A DNA stretch of 64,000 nucleotides from Candidatus Poribacteria bacterium (GTDB lineage Bacteria > Poribacteria > WGA-4E > JAJDTR01), in NCBI GenBank assembly GCA_965222225.1, contig CBDCTK010000002.1:2656001-2720000 (forward strand). Direction: 5' to 3'. Of this stretch, positions 23,712 to 32,722 are shown piece after piece (position 1 is the first letter of the stretch; each line of letters starts with the position of its first letter). The notes under the pieces were generated by a model. That model was not told the DNA's origin. It saw only the letters and a list, made by a program, of their open reading frames with translations, and did not search any database. A program made the translations under genes and the position numbers.

Positions 23712-24456
23712 GATGATTTCCCTTATTGTTTACAGTGCAATTTGGTTTTATCGTGAAAATGCAAATGGTTGTATCAGCAACCATTTGCGACTTATTAGGG
23801 CGTTCCTCCAATAGGAACGCCCTAATATTTTGGCACAATTAGAACGAATGCGCCAGAAAAACTGCGGACTCTGAAAACACGTATTTTTACCTTGACAAAA
23901 ATTTGAAGTCGTAAGATTATTTAATCGTTTTCATCCAGTGTAATGAGTTTCAATCGCTAACCTCAATTTCTATAAGGAGTATTTACAATGACGTTCGGTG
24001 AGAAGTTGAAACATGCGGCGTTTGGTTGTCTTTGTACTTTAGCAGGCGTGTTATTTACTTCGTTTGTTTTGACACTATTTGCTGAATCTGGTGAGAACGT
24101 TAGTTATGACCACGTCATGTGTAAAAAGGTAACTATTCTTGGGGAAGATGATAACCCAATAGCAATACTAAGCGGAATGAGTGGGAGTGGAGAAATAGGT
24201 GGCGGGGATTATGGCACACTAATCTTGACAGATAAAAACAGGGACCGCACGTTTTTTCTCACTAATTATAGTTTACTATTTTCTACTAATGGACAAGAAG
24301 TCGTAGAATTAGGTGTTGATGGCGATAGTGGTAAGTTATTACTAAATAGCAGTAAAGATGATGGAACAACAATTATCGCTGACACAGAAGAAGGATTTGC
24401 AGTTGGTGTTTTTGGACCTAAGGGGGTTGGAAGCGCTGGTGGGGCCTCTTTAAGTA

Positions 24457-25500
24457 TAGGAGTTACGCAGTTGGCTGAAGCGTATAAAGAGGTTGTGCCA
24501 AATAAGCCCGTACCGCATCTCTGACAATAGAGAGTTTTGCATCAAACCAACTGATACCGGTATGATAGCAATAGTGCTCAATTCTCAGAAAGGCTCTCAG
24601 CGCTAAACCGATATGATTTCTTTGAGTGCGAGCAGAGCGCACTTGTGCGCGTTCAATGCCAACAAATTGCTTAATCCCGCGATGATATTCTTCTATTGTC
24701 CAAGACCATTCGGCATATTTGAGACGCGTCAATTCGTCCATCTGTAAATCATTCGTTGCCCAATATTCAATGTCACCTTCTGGAGTGTCAACCTTAAATA
24801 CTCGAATCAATCCATAGCCTTTGAGATGGACAATTGTACCTGTTGATTCACTCGGAAGCGTACTCACCGGACGGTTACCGGAATAATCTTTACTGACAAG
24901 TCGGTTGGCAGCTAGACGAGTAAGCCACTTCCAACCATGACCTCGCACCGCTTTTAGATTCTTTAGACTGGCATACCAACTATCAAAACACACACATTCA
25001 GGAGCAAAACCGCGTGTTTTCGCTTCTTCAAGCATGGCGCGGAAATGCTCATTCTTCGTCAAGCCGTCTTTGGCTTTATCATAGATTCGATAATCACACG
25101 GAATATGTCTATCGCCATCCGTCCAGAGCAAAGTGACCAAGTTAATCCCATTCACAACTCGGTGGTGTTTCCCTGACCAGTGTTTTGTCACGAGTTCAAT
25201 CTTTTGTGAATAAGGTTTATCCAGAGTCGAGTCATCTATAACTAAAATTCCGGATTCTAATTTCACCTGATTTCTCGATTCTTGCCGCAGTTTGCCAGTA
25301 TCGGGTTCCTCTCGATGCAAGAGCCGTGTTATCGAATCGTGAGCCGGAGGATTATCAGCTTGGGGTTGAACTTTTTCCGATTCAAGACAACTGTAACTTT
25401 TCTGAGCGGCTACCAAGAAATCAATATAGTCAGTGTCAGTATATTTAGGGGGATTCATACTCAAATTATAACCTATTTTCACTCAACTGCGTAACTCCTA
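24457..25500 (-). mobile_element. IS701-family insertion sequence
   Basis: Perfect 17-bp TIRs TAGGAGTTACGCAGTTG; 5-bp TSD AAGTA (24452-24456, 25501-25505). Confidence 0.93.
24463..25482 (-). CDS. IS701-family DDE transposase
   Basis: HDSITRLL, LVIDDSTLDKPY, WSGKHH, FDSWY, WTIEEYHRGIKQ; true start may be 25458. Confidence 0.92.
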   Translation of the reverse strand: MKIGYNLSMNPPKYTDTDYIDFLVAAQKSYSCLESEKVQPQADNPPAHDSITRLLHREEPDTGKLRQESRNQVKLESGILVIDDSTLDKPYSQKIELVTKHWSGKHHRVVNGINLVTLLWTDGDRHIPCDYRIYDKAKDGLTKNEHFRAMLEEAKTRGFAPECVCFDSWYASLKNLKAVRGHGWKWLTRLAANRLVSKDYSGNRPVSTLPSESTGTIVHLKGYGLIRVFKVDTPEGDIEYWATNDLQMDELTRLKYAEWSWTIEEYHRGIKQFVGIERAQVRSARTQRNHIGLALRAFLRIEHYCYHTGISWFDAKLSIVRDAVRAYLAQPLYTLQPTA

Positions 25501-26046
25501 AAGTATAAAAGATAATAAAGGTCAATTAATTCTTTTTGGGGAGAATTCAGAAATCCTTTTTAGCAGAGGGGAAATTACTTACGGAGAGTAATGTTTATGG
25601 GTTGGTTCTTTAGACAACCAACCCGACCCACACAGAAAAGATAGATAGCAAGGAAAAAGTTTCACAAGGATAAAGATCAGAAACTACGAAAAGGAAAAGC
25701 GGCGAAACAAAAAGCAGGTAGGGAGTCCATCGAAACGTCCTATTAAACAGATACAAGATACACCTGAAAACGTGGCAAAGTCACTGTTTGGAATCCGTCC
25801 AGATGGTAAGAAAGTTAAAAAAATTAGACCTTGATTTTGATGGCAAATGTTACTTTCGTATATAATTCCCTTTTTAAAGTATTATTGAACGAACTGACAT
25901 AGCCCCAGCGGGGATCAACTGAGATCAACCGAGTGAATAACGAACACGATAGAGATCCCTTTCCAACCGTACCTACGAGCCTAGATACATACCGGTTCGG
26001 TTGAGAAACCGCACCTACCGCGGTGTATAAATTATTGTCGGTTTTA

Positions 26047-27318
26047 CTATAGTATCCGATCCAGATTCCCCATCACCTTCCGGAACGCTTCGACATACAT
26101 GCCCATCAGCTCCAGGTCGTTGGGAGGGTTCACGTCGAAAACGTAACAATGCGAGTCAATGAACTCTACAGCCCTTGGATAGTCATCTTGTCTATACTCG
26201 ACTTCGGAATTGTGGCATTTCCAAGGACATCCCTTGCCGTACCCTACCCCATTTTGGAATATCTCCTGCGCCGGGACAGGCAGACGCTGCCATAGCCCCA
26301 TCGACACACCTTCCGCTTTCATGGCTTCCTGCACCTTGTCACGCAGGGCTCTTGGCGGGATATTGAGGCCCAATTCCTCCGGCTTAAAGCCCACCACGTA
26401 GTTGTAATAAACCGGTTCACACTCGTCCGGGACAAAAGGAGTTTCGATACCCTTAATTTTGCTCAGATGCTCGGTAAGAAAGTTGCAGTTTCCGATGCGG
26501 AGGTTGTTGTTTTCATCCAGCCTGTTGAGCTGGCTTCTGATGAACGCCTGACTGAACATATCCCCTCGATACATCCAGCCCAGCCCATAGGCGTTGTATT
26601 CCTGCTCTTCTCGCTCTCTTCCGGGCACGACAATCTCCCCGAAATACTGCAATAACCCGGCTCTTTTGTGTGCGGCTTCGTCATTGGTCGTGAATATCCC
26701 GCCTTGGCAACCGCTGCTAAGGGTTTTTGACGCCTGAGTGCTATATCCCGCAGCGTCACCCATGGAACCGCACAAGCGGCCTTTGTACCTTGCTCCGTGC
26801 GCCTGAGCGACATCCTCTATCACTTTCAGGTTGTGCTTTTCGGCTATCTTTTGCACGGCGTCCATGTCTGCAGGCATGCCGTGAATATGCACGGGCATGA
26901 TGGCTTTCGTTCTTTCCGTTATTTTGGCTTCGATCAGAGTCGGATCTATGCAATACGTCTTCGGGTGAATATCCACGAAAACGGGTATGGCGTTATGGTG
27001 CAGCACCGCTGCCGCACTTGCCCAAAAAGTAAAAGCGGGAACAATCACCTCGTCGCCCGGCTCTATACCCACCGCTGCCACGCACATGTGCAGCGCGGCG
27101 GTACCGCTGTTTACGGGAATACAGTATTTCACACCCATGTATTCAGCCCACTCTTTTGTAAGACTTTCGGATTGGATCCGCTGCTGCTCGGTGATTCTGG
27201 CGGACTCGAATACGTCCATCACAGCCTGCTGGTCGGCTTCCGTGACATGGGGCCAGGATTGGACTAAACCTTCCGGTACCGTTCGTTTTCCACCGTGTAC
27301 GGCTAATTTTTCCGACAT
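26047..27318 (-). CDS. DegT/DnrJ/EryC1/StrS PLP aminotransferase
   Basis: NSGTAALH, PGDEVIVPAFTF, PVHIHG, IEDVAQAHG, SKTL catalytic Lys. Confidence 0.95.
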   Translation of the reverse strand: MSEKLAVHGGKRTVPEGLVQSWPHVTEADQQAVMDVFESARITEQQRIQSESLTKEWAEYMGVKYCIPVNSGTAALHMCVAAVGIEPGDEVIVPAFTFWASAAAVLHHNAIPVFVDIHPKTYCIDPTLIEAKITERTKAIMPVHIHGMPADMDAVQKIAEKHNLKVIEDVAQAHGARYKGRLCGSMGDAAGYSTQASKTLSSGCQGGIFTTNDEAAHKRAGLLQYFGEIVVPGREREEQEYNAYGLGWMYRGDMFSQAFIRSQLNRLDENNNLRIGNCNFLTEHLSKIKGIETPFVPDECEPVYYNYVVGFKPEELGLNIPPRALRDKVQEAMKAEGVSMGLWQRLPVPAQEIFQNGVGYGKGCPWKCHNSEVEYRQDDYPRAVEFIDSHCYVFDVNPPNDLELMGMYVEAFRKVMGNLDRIL

Positions 27319-27588
27319 TTGGAACTCTCCTCTGCTCTGTAATCAGGGCGTTTCTGTTCTGTTATGCTTAACCCGTTGGAGTGCCGGACGAAAGCCTACG
27401 GTTGGGCATACACCGGCATTCGTAGGGGTTGGGATCAACTGACTGGATAATGAGGGATCAAGTGAGTGGATAACGAACGCGATAGCAAATCCCGATAGAG
27501 CATCCTACTCCCTGTCCAGTTGCTTAATCTCGGTGCGATTATAGACGGCTTCACACAAATGCCAACAGAAACTGACTCCTATCCGCCA

Positions 27589-28464
27589 TTATTCTCGCCA
27601 TTCGAGGTTGATGCTGGTGTACCCATGGGTGTATCGCCGGAGGTGTGCCGGAAGGTCGGCCAGGAATTGCTTGCCGGCTTCCGGGATCTCCCACGGAACC
27701 TCAATGGTATGACGCCGATCGCGAAAACCTATGCCGCAAGACAAGCGAATCTCGTCGGTGCGGTTGGCGAAACACGCCGCGTGATAGGTGCGGTGTGCAA
27801 ATACAATCATGTCCCCCGGATTGGTGAAAAGCGGCACTGCCCCCGGGACATCAAAACCGTCATACGGTTTTTCTGCTTCGCCCGCCTTATAAAATGACCT
27901 CCTATCCACTGTCAGGTTGAAACCTTCTGGACCTTCCCAGTTCTCGACGTGAGAATCCTCAATGACGCACAGCCCACCGTGTTCCGGACGAGATCCCGTC
28001 AGGTAGAACCATTTGCCCGATGGCCAAAGCCCACGATTCAGTACGTCACCGGAGTTCTTCGGCGGCTCCGTCGAAAACCCGCACCAGTCGGTGTGCCAAG
28101 CACTCGGCGGATTGCCCGGCATCCGAATGATGGCGGCAGATCGATGAATTGTCAGCTGATCCGTACCAAGCAGATGCCGGTGGATTCGCATAAATGGTTC
28201 GTATTCCAAGAGTTGCCAAGCGTCCGGACCGGATTCAATCCAGGCGTGTCGAGTACGACTTTGCCCAGGCTTTAACTCCCTTTCCGAATCCGTCCCATCA
28301 AGAACGGCTTGTTTTAAGCTGTCAATCAGCGGATCCGGCAGGACATCTTTGATGATTGAAAAGCCGTGTGCGTCCAAACACTCGGACATGAGGTCTAATT
28401 GACCGACCTCGAACTCATACGTGTAACCCAGCTCAGGTTTCTGAATCTGTGAATAGTCTTCCAT
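27589..28464 (-). CDS. Phytanoyl-CoA dioxygenase (PhyH) family Fe/2OG oxygenase
   Basis: GFSIIKDVL, WHTD, GGLCVIEDSH, PGDMIVFAHRTYH. Confidence 0.88.
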   Translation of the reverse strand: MEDYSQIQKPELGYTYEFEVGQLDLMSECLDAHGFSIIKDVLPDPLIDSLKQAVLDGTDSERELKPGQSRTRHAWIESGPDAWQLLEYEPFMRIHRHLLGTDQLTIHRSAAIIRMPGNPPSAWHTDWCGFSTEPPKNSGDVLNRGLWPSGKWFYLTGSRPEHGGLCVIEDSHVENWEGPEGFNLTVDRRSFYKAGEAEKPYDGFDVPGAVPLFTNPGDMIVFAHRTYHAACFANRTDEIRLSCGIGFRDRRHTIEVPWEIPEAGKQFLADLPAHLRRYTHGYTSINLEWRE

Positions 28465-28580
28465 GAAGATTATCCTTTCAGATATGCTTTGACGAGATGT
28501 TTTTGCCGGATTCGCTGTTCCACCGAGCGCTACGGCGACACCCTAGGCGCCCACAACCTGAATCGGAGCTTTGGTTCTTG

Positions 28581-29999
28581 TCAGCGCGTCTTCGGGTACG
28601 ACTCATTGACAAAGAGTTCATTAATGCTCGCAAGCGTCTCTTCCACGAGCATCTGGCCGCCTTCGGGGCCTACCCAGTTGGACTTGATTATCGCGCTGTA
28701 GTGGCCGCCTTCGAGAGCGCGCTGCGTCGGAAGGTAGCAACCGTTCCCCGACCCGTCTGCAAGCTGCACGAGGAAGGTTTGCAGCGCCTTGCTCCGGGCA
28801 CGAATGCGGGCGCCGTAATCCATGAAAAGCTCAAAGGGGTTGGTGGCGAAGACAGCATCCCCGAGTCGGATAATGTGGCACTCTGTAGGGTGCATCGGGT
28901 TCTCATCCTGATGCTCATAACGATCGATGAGGTCGCAGACGGGACCAAACGGCCAGATACGTTCAAATCCCCAAGGCTGCCGTTTCAGTTCCTCCTCACT
29001 CATTGAGGGGATCTGCTTCTCCATCTCATATTCCTCCGGCGTCACACGCAGCCGCGGCAGGTGCAGTGTTCGCACGACATGCCGAAACTCGACCTCCCGC
29101 TCGGGTCTCGAAGCCAAGGCTTGCGCCTCTTCTACGGCGGTCATGATGCGCCGTGCAATGATTCCCTTGTCATCGACGTGCGCGCGGTCGCGTAGGTCTT
29201 TCTCCTCCCGCCGGTCCAACATGAGATGAGGCGAAGCGTCGCCCGACGGAGCGCACTGGGGCAGAAGATGCACTGCCGGGCCGTAGCGGTCACGGAGACT
29301 GACTCTGACATCGTGCCAGAAGTCGGCAGAGATTTCCTTCTTTCCCTCGTCGCACTGCGAGGGGCAAGCCAAATTCACCAGCATACCGGTCAGTGCGCCG
29401 GAGGCGTCATGGGTGAAAAGCAGATTAACCGCATGGTCGTCACAGGCTTCAATGCCAAGGAAATCCTCCCGGTCGGCCGCTCCGTACATCCGCGCCGACC
29501 CATCGCGGTAGACGGCGCGGCGACAGTGCCCCACGACGGCGTAGGCAAAGCCTCTGCTGATTGCCCCCGGCTGCCTGCCTTCCCACGCCGATTCCACGAC
29601 ATCGGCAAGTCGATCTACGAGGAAGCCGCGACACTCATCCGGCGTCATGAAGTCCGGGTCATCCTCGGGCTCCTCGTACATCCCGGAGCGTAAGGGCGGC
29701 GCATTGTGCGTATGGGTTGCATTGATGGTGAGTTTATTGCTGTCGAACCCCCGGCAACGACCGGCAAGCTTCGCCCGCAAGTCAGCCTTGAAACTTTCCG
29801 CTGCCAAGTCGCAAGAAAGGAAGATCGCCTGCTCCAGACTGGCGTTCTGGGATTGGGTCTCGACGGCGAGTGCGGTTGCTGTCAATGGACTTATCGCGGT
29901 ATCGGCTAACCGCGCGTGGAATTGGCCCAGCAGCAACGTCTTCTTCGGTGGCGTGATATCAATCCGCGCCCAGCCGATATGTAGCTGTCCTCCGGGCAT
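28581..29999 (-). CDS. Neutral/alkaline-ceramidase-like amidohydrolase of unknown substrate
   Basis: GWARIDITP, ATHTHNAP, PFELF...GYLPT-like C-terminus; start placed at ATG 29999 (AAGGAG RBS). Confidence 0.75.
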   Translation of the reverse strand: MPGGQLHIGWARIDITPPKKTLLLGQFHARLADTAISPLTATALAVETQSQNASLEQAIFLSCDLAAESFKADLRAKLAGRCRGFDSNKLTINATHTHNAPPLRSGMYEEPEDDPDFMTPDECRGFLVDRLADVVESAWEGRQPGAISRGFAYAVVGHCRRAVYRDGSARMYGAADREDFLGIEACDDHAVNLLFTHDASGALTGMLVNLACPSQCDEGKKEISADFWHDVRVSLRDRYGPAVHLLPQCAPSGDASPHLMLDRREEKDLRDRAHVDDKGIIARRIMTAVEEAQALASRPEREVEFRHVVRTLHLPRLRVTPEEYEMEKQIPSMSEEELKRQPWGFERIWPFGPVCDLIDRYEHQDENPMHPTECHIIRLGDAVFATNPFELFMDYGARIRARSKALQTFLVQLADGSGNGCYLPTQRALEGGHYSAIIKSNWVGPEGGQMLVEETLASINELFVNESYPKTR

Positions 30000-30303
30000 C
30001 TGCTGCTCCTTTTGCCCCTCAGTTTTGGCAATAATTAGAATTCGGCAGCTTTCACTGCCCACATGGGAAATAGACGATAGCCATTTTACCCCATTTTCGC
30101 TTGGGGGGCAACAAACATCTCCTGTCCGTCTTACCCCCGTATTTCCTAAGGCATGTACTCATGGGCTCGGAGTAGGTACCTAGATGAGAAAGGCTGAGAG
30201 CTCGTTTGAATAGTAAGTGGCAAAGCAATTTTTGGTCACTTGAGGAGGGGCTATTCCATTTTTCGATGCTTGAGGCGGGAGGCATTGTTGCCCTACGGTT
30301 GCC

Positions 30304-31137
30304 TCAGTCGTTCGATTTTTCAGCCCCCGGCACATCGCGGTCCGGCAAGGTATAGCTCATCCAGCGCGTCAGGTACCGCTGTTCCGGGGTGAAGCGCTGG
30401 CGGATTGACGGCGGCATCCAGTAATGCCGGGCGTTGTGGTGATCCCACATGCTGCCGGACCGATTGCGGTGGTTGTACTGCAGAGTGGTGCGCCGACGGC
30501 TCGTGGTTTTGGCGGCCCCGGCGTGGCGGAGCGCTTCGGTAAAGAGCATCACGTCGCCGGGCTCGCCGGTGATTTCAATGGCTCCGGGCGTGTCGACCCC
30601 CGCCGTGGCCCAGCGCTTCGTGTCGAGTTTTAGATTACTCTTGTGCGACCCCGGGATGACGACGAAGCAACCGTCGCCAGGGTGATTGGGCGTGAGCATG
30701 GTGACCACGTTGAGCATTGGCGATCGGATTGTGCCGTTGCGCACAGTGTATTCCTCGATCGGCAGGCCGTTGTGCCAACCACTGGCTCCACGACCTTCAT
30801 ATTTCGAGATCGACCAGGTGTTCACGAGTTGCGGCTCGCCTATGAATTCCTGCAGGTAGGGAAGATAGGAGGGATGCGCGATGAGTTGGTCGAAAATGGG
30901 GTCGAGCCGGGGCAGGCCGTTGAGTCTAATCTGACAATCAATGTCGGTGTCTTTGGTGAAGTGCTTGCCTTGGACGACCGGCAGGCCCTCCGCCCAGCTT
31001 TCGTCGTGGTCTTTCGCCTCGTTTTCTACAACTGCCGCATCCAGTGCGTCGATCAAGTCGCGGTCTATGGCTCCGCGCAGGATTAGAAAACCCTGGAGAT
31101 CGAAAAGGAAACGCTCTTCTGCGGTAACTTCGTGCAT
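30304..31137 (-). CDS. PhyH family dioxygenase
   Basis: ERFLFDLQGFLIL, WHNG, GCFVVIPGSHK, PGDVMLFTEALRH; the usual HxD is HxG here. Confidence 0.88.
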   Translation of the reverse strand: MHEVTAEERFLFDLQGFLILRGAIDRDLIDALDAAVVENEAKDHDESWAEGLPVVQGKHFTKDTDIDCQIRLNGLPRLDPIFDQLIAHPSYLPYLQEFIGEPQLVNTWSISKYEGRGASGWHNGLPIEEYTVRNGTIRSPMLNVVTMLTPNHPGDGCFVVIPGSHKSNLKLDTKRWATAGVDTPGAIEITGEPGDVMLFTEALRHAGAAKTTSRRRTTLQYNHRNRSGSMWDHHNARHYWMPPSIRQRFTPEQRYLTRWMSYTLPDRDVPGAEKSND

Positions 31138-31570
31138 ATGAAAACTCCTGTTTTTGGGGCACTATCCTCAGTGTGATATCGAATGGTGCGCTGCTGATGT
31201 ACACCGTGTCATTGGCAATTGGCGCCGTTTTCCGTGAGCAGCGGGGCAGATGATCGAAGGGGCAGCAAAGCGTCTCCATAGGGATCAACTTAGGAGAGTT
31301 CGTCCGGTATTGGTGGGGTTTTCCGTCGTAAAACCCTTACCTTAGTCCCTATTGAGCGGGGAGAGATCTCTTTCGATCAACTGAGCGGACAGCGAAGGCG
31401 ATAGAAAATCCTTCTCCTTTTTCAGTCGCTTGATCCCCTTGAACATGTCCAGGGTTGTCGGTGTGCTGATGAATGTATTGGATTCATGGAGAAGCGAAAC
31501 GATGCCAACGCGCATAAATTAACTCTTATATCAGTTCGTTAGGATAAGGCGCTGCGTTGGAACGAGATAA

Positions 31571-32581
31571 CTAACCTACCTTTACCCCCTGGACTTCGAA
31601 GACCTCCTTGAGAAAATTCTCGCCCATGCGCCTGTAGCCTTCAGCGTCGGGGTGCAAGTCGTCGGGCAGATACGGGGCAAGGCTCGCGTCAAATAGTTTC
31701 AAACCATCGACGTAGTAAATATTCTTGTCGCCGTGGCTGCGAAAAGATTCGACGGCGTCTGCCACTTCGACGCGCATCCGCTCCAGTGTCATGTCTACAG
31801 CGTTGGGTGTTTTTTCGCGCGCCGGAGACCAGATGGGCGAGCAGACTATCAAGGGAACCTCGGGGTGGCCGTCGCGGATAGTGGCGATGGTGCCGATGAC
31901 GGCGGGGCGAAAGGTTCGCGGGCTCAGGGTCGATCCACCATAGATATTGATTCCCATTTTGACGGAAACAAAATCGGCATCAAGGTCACGGATGAGCCGG
32001 GCGATCATAGGATCGGCGTGGCACTACCCCCAAAACCCAGCGAAGTTGAGATTAAACCCTTGCGCGCGGGCGACCACTCCCGGCCACGTGTAGGACGGCG
32101 AACCGGCGGTGCGGCAATGGCTGATAGAACTGCCGTAGGCGATCCATTTTAGGCGCTTGTCTTCGCTCTTTCCGATGGCGGCACCTTCCGATACCTCTAT
32201 GCTGCGTAGCGCCACGGGCATGGCCGGGGAGAGCCACAGTTCCACGGTCTTATCTCCCGCCGGCAAACTGTCAAAACGCACCTCGGTCTGGCCGGTGGCA
32301 TAAGCAACCGTCTCGACTAATTCATCGTCGGCGTAAAGATCGAAGTTGCCCTCTTCCGCCAACGGTTCGGTGTGGAAAGCCAGCGTTCGTGCGTCGGTGG
32401 CAAAGCGCAGTCGCACACCTGACGGCATTTCGGCACGATCGGACAAGCCGTTGTTGCCGGGGGAATAGAGATCCTGATCCTGGTGCGGAATGCGCCAGGG
32501 CTTGACCCAGCCGGCTCCGCTTTCACAGGATATGGCACCACTCCAAATCAGGCGAGGGTCGTCGGCAGCTATGCGGGACAT
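31571..32581 (-). pseudogene. SGNH/GDSL hydrolase (SsfX3-like) with local lesion
   Basis: SGVRLRFATD, YGSSISH, GIN, DDLHPD; the two ORFs are in the same frame, separated by TAG at 32024 within a short +1/-1 shifted patch. Confidence 0.82.
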
Positions 32582-32722
32582 GGGAACTCTACCACATACG
32601 CCATTCCTTCTCTTAATTCCACGCTGGGGCTTACAAGGCTGGTGCGCGGTGCGCACCCTACAGAGTTGTGAAAGAAACCGAGTTTTGGAAAAAACTCGGT
32701 TTCTTCATTGTCAGTACATTAT

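Larger units (their letters stand above)
23988..25591 (+). pseudogene. Membrane-anchored beta-rich passenger protein interrupted by IS701
   Basis: TAAGGAG RBS, N-terminal hydrophobic helix; removing the IS and one TSD restores ...GASLSIKDNKGQLILFGENSEILFSRGEITYGE*. Confidence 0.8.
23275..25870 (+). mobile_element. Non-autonomous IS1595-derived transporter element with passenger genes
   Basis: Perfect 26-bp TIRs GGGAATTATATACGAAAGTAACATTT; 8-bp TSD TTTTTAAA (23267-23274, 25871-25878); only a transposase fragment remains. Confidence 0.9.
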
